NCBI GenBank assembly: GCA_964247055.1
Contig: OZ176050.1
Coordinates: forward strand, 6,324,001-6,388,000
Reading direction: 5' to 3'
Origin: Paragordius varius
Taxonomy: Eukaryota; Animalia; Nematomorpha
DNA: 64,000 bases
This document shows positions 1 through 16,800 of this stretch, piece after piece. How positions within the stretch are numbered: the stretch's first letter is position 1; each line of letters begins with the position of its first letter. Position numbers and translations under genes: made by a program. The notes below the pieces were generated by a model. It saw only the letters and a program-made list of their open reading frames with translations, searched no databases and had not been told where the DNA came from.

Positions 1-663
1 AATGTCGCAACCAACTTTCTTTCATAAAATTGATATCATCCTTGTAATTAATTTGTGTTAAAGTTTCAGATACCACATCTTTTTGGTGCGAAATTAACAA
101 ATAGTCATTGGGTGTATGAAAATTTTTACTTAGCGTTATATCATTAAAATGGTTGTGGTACGCAGCGCGGACTTTAAGCGGTTCATTAACTCCACTTATT
201 TTCAGCAACGATACGTGAGATTGAGTTTTAACAAATTTTACATCCGAAGATTGACTAGGTATACGCGTCAATTTCCCGTTTAAAACATCCATAATAAAAT
301 AAGCATCCTTAAAGTTATCTACTTCGGCCTCGAAAAATAAAAATTCTATATATATTATATATGTCAAATACCATATTCCAAAGCGGTATCAAAATTTTGT
401 TGAATGCCAAACTTGGGAAGAATAACGGGATTTATTTGGGAGGTTTTAACGTTTTTCACAATCTTTAAATTGGTAAACTTTTTGGGGTAAATAAAATTTT
501 TCATTTTTTCCATAATTTCCCAATTGGATATGGTCATCCCGGAAGATTTTGTTGGGAATAAAACCAATATTTCAACTTTCAAAATGGGTTTTAAATATAA
601 TCTAAGTTCATCATTGAGCTTAAATAAGTGTTTGGAATCATTGCAAATCGAGACCCCTGCCAT
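1..663 (-). CDS. AKAP17A: A-kinase anchor protein 17A-like splicing factor, 5' part (exons 663-372 and 345-<1; continues beyond window start)
   Basis: Translation MAGVSICND..LYLKPILKVEILVLFP..ISNWEIMEKMK..FTNLKIVK / EFLFFEAEVDN..LKISGVNEPLKVRAA matches the AKAP17A N-terminus (LYLKPITKMTISVALP, ISNWEVMERLK, FIRFEGEVEN, IKLSGFSDILKVRAA). The two exons join in frame across a 26-nt GT-AG intron (371-346). Confidence 0.88.
346..371 (-). other. Ultrashort 26-nt intron in AKAP17A-like gene
   Basis: GTATTTGACATATATAATATATATAG. It contains in-frame stops, and removal joins ..ALEY to EFLFFEAEVDN in frame. Confidence 0.7.
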
Positions 664-693
664 TTGAATCACCAGGTGTACCTTTATTGTGCA
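664..693. promoter_or_regulatory. 30-nt spacer between the divergent AKAP17A and NSUN5 start codons; putative bidirectional promoter/initiator
   Basis: CAT at 661-663 and ATG at 694-696. The inverted repeat AGGT-GT-ACCT (674-683) is centred exactly midway between them. Confidence 0.55.
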
Positions 694-4481
<3,788 letters not shown>

Positions 4482-4884
4482 GTTAATATAATTATGCAAA
4501 TTATTTCAGGGCAAATAACTGGTATCGTTTTTTGGTCCCGGTTCTTACTATTTTTTTTTCTTTGGTTCTAGAAGATGATCCTGTTCAAATATTTTGGGTT
4601 AAAAAAGTTTAAAAAAATGGTTCCGATTTTATTGTTTTTTTGCAAAAAATGCTTCCGTTTCCTCTATTGTTTGCTTTAAATGGTTCAGGTAGCCTAAAAA
4701 TAAAGTGAACAATTATCCAAAAATATAAACATATGCACAGCAATATTTTATTGTTTACTTACTTTTATATAAATCGTTAAGGTTACCATTTAATTAATTT
4801 TTATTTAAAAATATATATTTTGGAACTGCATTTTGTTACTAAACATGTTTTACCGTTTTTTGTTATAATGGGCTAGAAGAATGG

Positions 4885-5060
4885 CAGATTTTGTTACATG
4901 ACAATGCTCCGTCCCCCTTAGCATAAATGAGAGAAACCCTAAAATCTCTTCGATGAAAAAGTCTTTTTCCGCTGTACTTTCCTAAAATACGCTATCGGAC
5001 TATCACCTATTTGCATCAATGGGGCACACGCGCCCAGAGCAATATTTCATTTAGATTTTA
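4885..5060 (+). mobile_element. Decayed mariner transposase fragment (Mos1/mauritiana-like)
   Basis: Translates to ILLHDNAPS..*MRETLKSLR*K and, after a frameshift, DYHLFASMGHTRPEQYF. Mos1 has IFLHDNAPSHTARAVRDTLETLNWE..SDYHLFASMGHALAEQRF. Confidence 0.85.
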
Positions 5061-6408
5061 TATGAGATGGATTTTGGTTAATTTATTAGGGAAATAAAGT
5101 GATTTAAGCCATGTAAAACTGTTACCCACATTAAATAATTCAATTTTAAATATAGTTCCTCTTATTGAAATACTATTTTCCACCAACCATAAGTGTTATT
5201 TTCAAATATCTGCATTTGTCATTTATATTAATAAAAATAGATTTCATATGTATATCACAAATGACAAATATATGAAATCATGAATCTTCAAAATAAATGT
5301 GAGCAGGCAAAACATTATTTATGGTAAGGGATTAGAGGTAAATCCAAATGACATTCTAATCATAATAATAAACAATTCTCCAAGGATCTTTATATGATAT
5401 GAATTTGAATGATGATGGAAACACAAACCCTGTTAGCGAATATGGACACTAAAAAGTTACTCATCATTCTATAATATATGCCAGCTAAACGATAATTACC
5501 TTTTAATGGATTTATTTAGCTGTTTCGATACAGTGTTTGTGTGCTTTTGTAATGAAGATACATACCATCACATAATCTAAAATATTATATCTTATTTTTC
5601 TTGCCAAAAGTAAATTGATCTATGGATATAATTTGTTTTTTATCAAATTTAAAAGGATGGATCCATAAAAAATATTTATTTTTGCAACAACATACTATAT
5701 AAATAGAGAGAGAGAGAACAAATACCTAGAATACCTAATGACAATAATATTATGATTGTAATAATGAATTGGTATTTTAAAAAAGTAAAGTAAGTGGTTG
5801 GTATAAATCTTGGCTATTATATAAACGATACTACAAACAAATTCATAAAGAGAGAGAGATAACAAATAATTGGTGGTTAGTTATCCTTGAAAATAGGCTC
5901 AACTTTATTATCTAGGCGAAAAATGAGCATAATATATTCTAAGCACATAGCGTTTTTCAAATTGACCGCTTGATTTATTTATCATTTGCTCAATACTATT
6001 ATTTGGACATTTTATAGGAAATAAACCTAATAAATGATAATGGAAATAGATAAAGATTAAGATAAAATTGGCGTTTTTGTCCGTCAAATTAATTGAGAAT
6101 TATGTTTTAGTTTGTTTGAAACTTTGCCGCTGAATTACAACCAAAGCACCACAATTACTAATTATAGTTAATTTTTGTTTAAAAACCTGTAATTAATCGA
6201 TTTTTAATTTGTTAACTTTGGCTTAAATTATTAATATTTAATTTTTGATTTAAAAGTTTTACTAGCGATACTTATTGGTAATGACTCTAAGACCCTTTCT
6301 CGTATAAAACTGGCAACAATCATCAAATGCCTAATTGAAATCAAATTGTTTCCCTACACTTATTCATTCGACTGATAATGTTTAAATGCACCAATTCTGA
6401 ATATATTA

Positions 6409-7826
6409 TACCATTTTTCATGCAAAAACATCATTTTTTCAACCAAATGCAACATTTTTTCAACCAAACGCAACATTTTTTCAAGCAAACGCAACATTTT
6501 TTCAAGCAAAGACATCATTTTTTCAAGCAAACGCAACATTTTTTCAAGCAAACGCAACATTTTTTCAAGCAAACGCAACATTTTTTCAAGCAAACGCAAC
6601 ATTTTTTCATCCAAACGCAACATTTTTTCAACCAAAGACAACATTTTTTCAAGCAAAAACAACAATTTTTTAAAAATTAAAAACCATTTTTTTATTTTAA
6701 GACATATTAAATTTAAAGTTAATGGAAATTAATTTTAGCGTAGAATTATGATTTTTATTATTTTATCATAAATATGTGATGGTATGATTGATTTTCAAAC
6801 AAAATTTTGCCCATAATTGCATTATTTATATTATATTTTTTTTTTACAACAGTTTCACTAAATCAATAAATACAACTTGCGCTTTAAGAGTGTCTTGTTT
6901 AAAGTTTCTTTCATTTTTTTGCAAACAACCGTTATTTTCGTATGTAATTATCTATTTTTTTTAATTTAAACTAATATCTTTATTTATTAGTATTTGAATC
7001 AAAAATAATATTTTTATAGTAAAAACATCTTTATTTGTTTCGAACTAATTTTCTTTAAATCAATATTATTAACTTATTGATGTTTTAAACTAAATATTAC
7101 GATTAATAACCCACAAATCCTAGATGTTTAATAATGTTAAATTTTTTATAAAAAATAATATTGATATATGGTTCTTATGAAAGAAATGGTATTCCCTTAA
7201 AAGTTTAGGAAATAAAGAAAATAGGTTAATGATAGGATAGATGAATATAATATTGCTTGATTAATAAAAGTTAGAATCAAAATTAAAATATTGAAGGACC
7301 AAATTGAAGTGTTCTAGGACCAACTTTAAATTTTCAAGGACAATTTTGAAGCGCAAAATGTATGGACTGATAAGGTTAAACTAAAGTTGTAAAAGAATAA
7401 AATAATATAAATAATGCAATTATGGGCAAAATTTTGTTTGAAAATCAATCATACCATCAATATTTATGATAAAATAATAAAAATCATAATTCTACGCTAA
7501 AATTAATTTCCATTAACTTTAAATTTAATATGTCTTAAAATAAAAAAAATGGTTTTTAATTTTTAAAAAATTGTTGTTTTTGCTTGAAAAAATGTTGTCT
7601 TTGGTTGAAAAAATGTTGCGTTTGGATGAAAAAATGTTGCGTTTGGATGAAAAAATGTTGCGTTTGCTTGAAAAAATGTTGCGTTTGCATGAAAAATGTT
7701 GCGTTTGCTTGAAAAAATGATGTCTTTGCTTGAAAAAATGTTGCGTTTGCTTGAAAGAATGTTGCGTTTGGTTGAAAAAATGTTGCATTTGGTTGAAAAA
7801 ATGATGTTTTTGCATGAAAAATGGTA
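6409..7826. mobile_element. Foldback-type non-autonomous DNA transposon with ~420-bp terminal inverted repeats containing ~12 x 21-bp tandem repeats
   Basis: 6409-6830 is the near-perfect reverse complement of ~7400-7826. The repeat unit is CAACATTTTTTCAAGCAAACG. Ends are TA|TACCATTTTTCATG ... CATGAAAAATGGTA|TA. Confidence 0.9.
6870..7361. mobile_element. Degenerate MITE (family B, same as 51811-52921) nested in the spacer of the foldback element
   Basis: Left ATACAACTTGCGCTTTAAGAGTGTC and right AAGGACC 21-bp repeats..TTTGAAGCGCAAAATGTAT are inverted. The internal TTGATTAATAAAAGTTAGAATCAAAATTAAAA matches ~52825-52860. Confidence 0.7.
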
Positions 7827-10800
7827 TATGTTTGAATTTTTTCAATAAATTTGATAAAAATAATTAAGTTTTTTTCATATATCCAATATTATGCGTTTAG
7901 TTTACTGAATTAAATGTCATAGGTAGATACTGTTCCCAAACAGTTGTTACTGTTAAATATGGGCTCTTTCAATGTTGCCAATGTTTGATACATTATGAAA
8001 ATTGATGAAATCTGTACCCGATAATTATTATTAATTGATAATAACTTTTGATTATTTTGATCATTTTTAATGCATTTATATCGTTGTATCTGAAAAAGTT
8101 AGGCGGTTATTATACAATTGTATCTCAAAATTTGCATAGCTGCCATATATTTTGAATTATAAATTTAATTTGGATGTACCTTTCAGTTATTTATCGTTTT
8201 TGTTCCAAATATTTGTTTTATATGGTCGGCATTTCACGCAGGATGCTTTATCCCGCAGTTGTTTTTTAGAAAGCACTTTGAATTTTTTTCTTTTAAAGTA
8301 TATATATATATATATATATAAATATATATATATTTATATAAACAAAACCTCTATTAATTATATAGTTCCATGGGCGACAATTTGCTCCAATAATTTATTT
8401 TTAGGGATTGTTTATTTTGATATAATGTCATTTTAACGGGGGAAGCGGCTGAATACAGAGGCTAATTTAACAAAGTAGGCCAACTATGTGCGGCGCTTTT
8501 AATAAATAATATGGGCCTGGACACTCTTTCTGGAAATTTTTCTCAAAGCCTACATTATGTCATAATGTGTCATATTGTCAAATTTAGAGTCAAAAATGTA
8601 GTTTCGATTTTTTTCATTTTTGAATAGTGTAAATCACCAGCTTTAGGATCTTAAAAAGTGGTTCAGGGTTAAAAATCAACTCAAATACTGATAAGTATGT
8701 TAGAAAAATTTTCATTATATATTTATTGAAGATTTAAAATGGTTAACAAATAGGTGCCAAGTTCTAAAATCAGTTTTCTGGATTTATTTTCCTCATATGC
8801 AAAGTCCATTTAATGGATTCTAATAGCTGGTTGGTTTTAGTAATACTAAAATAAGTGAAATTATCTAAATCTTGGCACGCTATGTATATAATTATAAGAG
8901 AACGCTTTATAAATTATTATTTTTTGCCTAAATAATAAGGGTTTATATGTCAAGAGTGAACCGAGATCAGGGTACTTCCTGGGCGCTTGGTACTTAAACT
9001 TGGGTGACAAAATTTCTAGAAATTGCGCAATCGGCTCTTTTGGAACCGATCTAAACTTAAAATCAATTTGTTTAGCAAAATGCTCGTTATTGCAATATTT
9101 ATTTTGTCAGTAATAAAAATTTCATTGCTTTTTAAAAAGAAGATTTATTGTTTTAATCCGTAAAGAGTTTAGTTTTCAGGAAAACTGCGACTTCGTTTCG
9201 TTTTTTGGGGGCCTAACATATGCGGATAAACACACTTGACTATTTTTTAGCTTATTAAAAATAAAACATAAATGGTCGTGGATGGGTCTATTTTTCATAA
9301 AAAAAGCTTACACGCTCTAATTTAAATTATTTCAAATATAAATAAATGGTCGAAAAAAATTGCAGACAAATTTGACATTACCATCGGTAATCAGATTTCC
9401 ATATCAAGGGTATTTATTTTGGTAGATGTATACATATATCATCTAATTCCTTCTCCTAATATTTGACTAGTATTAAGCGCAATTAAATTCTTTTTTTAAA
9501 TATATAGATTACTAAAATGCAATATAAATAAAATTAAATAAATTCTAACATATTTTCACTTTTTCCTTTGTAAAATCGCGATGGTTTCTGTCGGCAAATG
9601 ATAAAATTGAAGGAGCTAGGCCCCATATTTTATGGCGACAGCCTCTTCTCCATAAAAAAAAGTTACTATCATGATAATTATAATTTTTGAACTTTCTTCT
9701 AGGCATGCAGAAAAGAATTAATTTGGTTTTTATTTTTAACATATATAAAATTATCTGTTTCTGTTAAACAAACACACTTTGTATCCTTCTAAAATATTTG
9801 TCGCATAATTTCGAATTAAATTATACGTCTAAACCAATGTTTGACATGACAATGACATATTCTAACGTTTATAAGAAAAAAAATAATTTATGATCTGTTG
9901 TCTCCTCTACCCTTAAATGGGCGAAAAATGTCACCCTTTGTCATAGCACATATTATATCTTTTCGCGTTAATAGATTATTATTATAATTAAATTTATAAT
10001 AAAAAATTATAAATCTTGGTTGATATATTCTGTGGTTTTTTATATTTTTATTGCCCAAGAAATAAGTCTAGGCTAGGACAAGAAAATTGTTGACAAATAT
10101 TTGGATATAGATAATTTATGACCAAAATATCATTAATTCATTAATTATATGCAAAATAATATTTACAACGTATATCATAATTAAAATTATAAGATATGCT
10201 TTTCTTAGAATTAGTAGGTATTTGTAGTTAAAAATATAATTTTTCTAAATATTTTATAGTTTTTCACCTTGAGTTCAGGTACATTTATATTTTAACCACC
10301 ATACTAAAAAATTATTCAACTAAAATGTGGTTAATTGTTTATTATCTTTGGTAAAAATAAATTTTTGAAATTTTTTTAAGAGGGCAGTATCTCTCCTTTC
10401 CAATTTTCGGCTGTACAGTATAAAATTTAAAAAAAAATAAAAAAAAATGTTATATACCACTTCAAAGAAATGATATAATTGAGAGCAGAGCGTATCGTAT
10501 CTATCATTTTATGACCATAATTATTTTTAGATGATATATATATATACCTTTATCATTAATAAAGTTAAACGATTATGTACTCTATCTCCCTCCATCTTGA
10601 TAAGTTCATCAAAAAATGTACATTTGGAAATATTCAGTTTGAAATAACTTAAGCATACCACCACAGGTGAGTACAAAATTTGTTTTTTTTATTACATTTA
10701 TTAACCTGGCAAATTTAATATCCCTAGTAGCTAAAGGACAATATTCATTATAATAATATGTTTGATGTGTTAATCTTAAAAATGAACCAAAATTTTGCAA

Positions 10801-13800
10801 GAAATGGTTGCGTCCTATTTTGTGGGCAGAAGGATAGAAATTGAGACATATATTTTAGACGCTAAATTTTAATATAAGCGCTTCTTGGTAAAGGAAAGAG
10901 AACAAAAAATAAATATCCTAAAGTTTAGAATCCGTAAATTGTATAAAATGAAATTATATATTATGTAAAATTATAATTATCGCAACATAGTGTGTACTCT
11001 CATAGTTTTTTAACCAAAACCAACGAGGAAAAAAACACACAAGAAAGTTTGGTTTTGGAGAAAACAAGATAATGATGATATAATTATCTATCTTTGTAAA
11101 TTTAATATTAATAATATAATTTATTTCCCTCTGCGGTGGTTATGTCGGCTGTATCATATTTATACAATTCCGTGCCGAGATAAAAATATAAAATTTTAAT
11201 AAATTAAATAATCAAATTTATAATTTTTACGATTGATTTTCAGAGTTACCAGCACATATGTTGGAAACAATTTCTTATCCCATTTAGAAAGATCAAAAAT
11301 GTTAAGGCGCGTCGCATTACTTAACCTATTAAATAAAGAGCTATTATTTATCAAATTAGTTTAGAGTCTAAAATATTTTAAATTAGTGAATTTAATATAT
11401 TTGTTATATTTTAAAATAACTAATATTTTTAGAGTAATTTAAAATGATACTACTTTCCGTTCTTGTTTCCAATTTAAAATTTTTCCTTGTGAATATTTAT
11501 AGTTATACAAATGAAATTTAACCCCTACACGCATTGTGTAATAAAAAGGTTTATTATTATTTCCTCTTAAACTGCTGCATTCAAATTTAATTTTAGATTT
11601 TTACCTGTAATCTTTTGGATTTTTACCTGTAATCCAGTAAAGTACGAAAGGTATATACATTTTTAAAAAAATCGTTTTAATTTTATCGTTTTTTTAAATA
11701 GCTACTATACAAAATAATCAGCTTTGAATAAGATTCTTCAATGTGACCACAATCAAAAACCCCATAAAAAGTTTTAATAAAATTCAACTTTTTAAAGAAA
11801 TAAAAAACCCAGCTTTGTAAAATTGTGGGAGGTAGTAGGAGGGAGTTGGAAATAAATCAGATTGATAAATAAAAAATAATTGGATTTTTATATTATTATA
11901 TCAGTTATCATTAAAATGAGAATATAAGTGAGAGGATAGATAAGAACCGACTTACATCCCTAAAAATCTGTGCGACTTAAGTGCTGAGATATTTTATGCT
12001 CCACAATATGTAATAAATATCTTTAGGTTTTATAACAAACCACACATTAGTGCGTGTTTTGTAATGCAGTGTGTTCGAAATAAAGTAAAAAAATTAATGA
12101 TAAAGTATGGGGGAAAATGTATGATTAGTGCGACAATAGAGAATTTTAAACCATATTCTCCATTTAATTCCATATTTACGGTTTAATATTTTGCAAAACT
12201 TTTATGGGGAGTTAAAAATACAATTTTATGACTGTAAGAATAATATGCCAATGATCCACGGCTTCACATGTTAATTTCTAGACACTGTTAAAACAAAATC
12301 AAGTTTATTTCTGATTCCTTAGAAAATAATAGCTGATCTGACCGTTTCGTTTAATTTTTAATAGTTCAACTAATGCCAAAAGTTATAGTTGCCAAAAAAG
12401 GATTTTATTAAATTTATGGCATAACATCAGTTTTTTGTAATTATGGAAGACAATATGATAACTAGCTATTTTTGGAGATGATGACAAATGTAAATGCAAA
12501 TATATATTTTAAATGAGAAAAGAATATTTATATTTGTTTGAATGATGAAACACCATAAATAAAGAATGTGCGTTTTAGCTGTTTATGTAATTTTTTTATT
12601 TATTGAAATTTAAAAAGTGAAATATTTTGAAACATTCATCCTCAATTAACTCTTATCTGAATTACTAAAATTTAAGTCACAATGATAATTTAAGGAATAA
12701 AAGATAGTAAATAGGGTAGGAAAAATAGTTTACAGTTATATGTTTTTGAATATATCTGCTAGATTTCTTTATTTAAATGTGGGAAATTTTCTTTTTAAAA
12801 CTCTTTTAAACTTAACATATAGATAGCAATTTATGAAAAGTGTTACAAATTTTAACCTGAATTACATGTTTTCTTTGCTAAAAAATAATTTTATGAATAA
12901 TATTAAAAAATGGTTTAGTAAGAAGTACTAATCTCTATTGTTTTCACACTTTATATTAATTTAATATAATTATTATTATAAATAGTCTTTAGAAAAAATA
13001 TGTGGAAATTGTCACGTTTTTAGAGTCTTGTGTATAATTCTCCAGATCGATTTTTACTTTTCATATAACATTTATTTCCTTAATAAATAATTGTTTTAGT
13101 ATTATAATATTTACATTTTAAAATCTATGATTTAAACAAATTATTTTACAATTAAGGATGGGCTAGAGTGATCCAAAAACACTTTGAACAAGGATTTATC
13201 ACATATGAATTAATTAATCATAAAAAATGGAAAAATTTCTATTTAATATTTTAATTTATTCTTATATTGGTTAATTTCGGTTTGTTTCATTTCTAGCGCC
13301 GTCAAACCGGTAATTATTTTGTAACTGCTTCTTAAAAGTTCCTTTTATTTTATAACCCAAATTTTATGAGAATTGGTTATCATACAAAATTTAAAGGTAC
13401 TATAATGAAACAATGACATAACTTATAAAGGGGAAAAAATATTTTTGATTAATTTATGACCCAAAATGCAACAAAAAAGGTATAGGAGGTGTTAAAAGGG
13501 TTGTGAGATTACCTACGGTGACACACATTTGCATTTAATATTACACAATTTTTTTATACATTTTTTGCTTTTAATTTTCTTTACATTCTTTATTTCCAGG
13601 GGTATCTACAAACACAGAACTTTTAAGGTGCCAAATTATCATATTTCTTTTTTTGTTGAAAAATATATCGTGTTTTGCAAGAAAAAAAGTTTTTTATTGT
13701 GCATAAATATACACACCTATATATATATTATTACAAAATGGCTTCATCCAAGCTAGCGACACTGTTTTTTCATCAAGTTTTTAGCCGAATTCAAACTCTA

Positions 13801-16800
13801 AAAAGGAAATTTTATTTTTTACAAGAGAGTATAAAATTAAAACTATAATATAATTTGTTTAAATTTTCCCGATAATCTTACAACCAGACAAAATTAAAAT
13901 ATTAAATAATGCTAATCTACCTTACATTATTTTTTTGGACGGGCAATAAATTATCTTTAATTGGTTATAAGGGGCCTTTAATTAATAAATGGAAAAAATG
14001 GAAATATATCTTGCTTAATTTGCACAAAATATGTATAATATAAAATTAATTATTTCTCTTCACCAATTTATAGGTCTTCATAACCAATAATACGGTTATT
14101 CACTATATGGAAATAAAGGTTGGAACCTAAAAAAATTCAAAAATGTAAATTTCCATATTTGTCGTAATTGCTATTGTTAGTATTTGTTTGATGTCGTTTT
14201 TATGGCATAACAAATATAACAAGCAAATAATTATTTTTTGTGTGACACATAATTTTAACCACATTTTTTTATTTTTTTATTTTTGGATTATTAGACTTGT
14301 GAAGGAAGGGGACCTTCAAATTTGTGAAAATAGTCTTTTTTATGATAATAAAAATAAAAGAAAAAGTAATATAAATATATTTAAATATTAATTTTTGTTT
14401 TCATTCAAAATTTTGTGTGTGTGCTTAATTGGCTAGGGATTTGTTTAAATTACAGTTGCTATAAAAAAATTGCTATTGTTTTTCACACCATAATCGTATT
14501 GTCTCTTTTTTCAACAGAAGAAAGAAAGAAGGACGAAATGTAAATTTGAAAATTTTAAAATCTATTTTTTTCCAGTTCAAATTAAAATTAATATTTTTTT
14601 TCATTTTTCCTACAAGATCAAAAACACTGTTAACACCTAAACAATGAAAATCTATATAGTTTTAACTTACATCTAATTGGTTCATAAATGGTAATAAAAA
14701 AATTAAACTAAAAATTACGATAATTAGCTGGCTGGGTAATTGCAAATTCGTGATCTGAAATAAATTAATGGGCCTACTTTGGCATTCAAAATCATTCCTT
14801 CGCTAATACAATTCGATTATATCAAGGCGCAACCAATATAAATTGGTGGTTTTAGTGATAAAAACAAATTGTGAAAACTCGCCTGATGCAAAAAAATTAT
14901 TTTGTTTCAAAGAGTTTAAATTTTGGAAGATTGGTTCAATTTAAATTCTAACGGTTTAATTTGATTTGTTATTTTAAAATAAAATTTTAAATTAGACAAA
15001 TATACCTTTTATTAATAATGTAACTTTCTTTATTCGAAAGTTAAGATAACTGACAAAATTCCTAAATTAACACAGATTTTAATTAATTTTGAATCTTTTT
15101 TTGTTAGCTCTCCCGAAATTTAAATAAAGTGAAAAGCCACAATAAACTTAAAATTTTCTTTAACTTCTATGGATTCATAGATTTCATTTTCATACAAATT
15201 ATAAATAATAAAAGTCGATCATTAAAATTTTCATAATACTCAAGGATATTTCTAATCAAAATCTGGTCGCGCAATTTTATTCAAATAGAATTACACATTA
15301 ACTTTCAAATTGGCTCCATAAACAAAAATCAAAATTGAGATGTAATTTATTAAATAATACATACATATATTACATAAAATAAGTTTGGTTTTCTTATCTT
15401 TTTAATTAATCTATAATCTATTTCTTATTTTGCTAAAAAAATTATAAAGATTCCACTTCTACAATATATAGTTTATTCTTAAAAATATTTAATGTACACA
15501 TGTATGTATCTAACATACCTCTCTCATCATACACCTTAACTAGTTATATTTTCTATGTATGTATACTTAAAACGCATTATAAAATAGAAATATATATAGA
15601 TATACTTTTTTTTTTCATTTGGATCCTTTTTTTCGTTTTGAGCATTTCTACGCACTACAAAGATAAATATACATTTTCATTTATTGCAAATCATAAATAA
15701 ATTTTTGGTATTGAATGGCAAATAATTATTTTTCCAATCACATTTATTTCAAATCCGGTATTTTATTTTAATTTACCTACCTGGGCACTGATTTGAAGGG
15801 ATAACATTCTAATTTCAAAACATCTGATTCGCGACCGTTATAAAATCACCCAAAAACATTGGTCAAAATTAAATAAACATTTTACACCATAGACCAAACT
15901 ATTCCAATTTTTTTTATTATAAATAAAAAAGTTCACTTCATTTTACCGTTTAACTTGCATTGAAAAATAGTGTGTGTCTGCATTATTCCCTTGTTTTTTG
16001 GGAATTCATTATAGTATAATAACCCTTAAAACATTTTATTTTTATAACATGTAATTTACCGTATATGCTATGCTATTTTCATCTCGCAATTAACTTTGAT
16101 GGCTAATTATTCAAATTTTTACATTTTTGTAGTTTAAACATAGCTTTTAGAATTACAGAAGTTATTGTTGTGCAATTTTAGCATTTTTTTCGCCTTAGAA
16201 AATTTACTTTTGTTTGAAATTATTCTAAACTGATGATTTCGGAAATTTTAGTGAAAGTCCTTACAATTAAATCTAAATTCTAATGGATATTCTAATTATT
16301 CTGATCATTATTTTAAATTGTTGGATATATCATTCAAATTGTGACAAAAGTATATTTTGAATAGTTTATTAATATGATTATTAAATTTTAACATTTACCA
16401 AATTATATACAAGTTTTTGTGTTTGAACTTTCCAAACGTGTTTGAATTCCAAGTTAGTTTTGTCCTTTTATATATAAGATAAAAATCTTTTACAATTATA
16501 AATCATCAGAATTTTCGTTAAATAATATAAAAATATCGCTGATTTTATATTTATATTTTAATAGCAAAATAATTGAAAACATACAATAAGCATATTTTGG
16601 TTCTGATAAAATTTAGGCCGCCATTCATAATTAAATTTGTTATAATACAGTATAATGTAAACTTTACAATAAACATCATTTTCGTATATACTTCAACGTT
16701 TTTTTGCAAAAACCCTTATATTTAAAAAGGGTAATTGCCCATTAGGTTTACCTAAAATATAAATTGCTACAACTTTTTTTTCCATCGATTATATAACATA

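Noticed and set aside
6360-7845. ORFs with heptad-like repeats (LLEKMLR; QTQHFFK) and a regularly repeated 21-mer, suggesting a coiled-coil protein or CRISPR array
   Set aside because: They are translations of the 21-bp TIR repeats of the foldback element, open on both strands. The repeats abut with no unique spacers and no cas genes are present.
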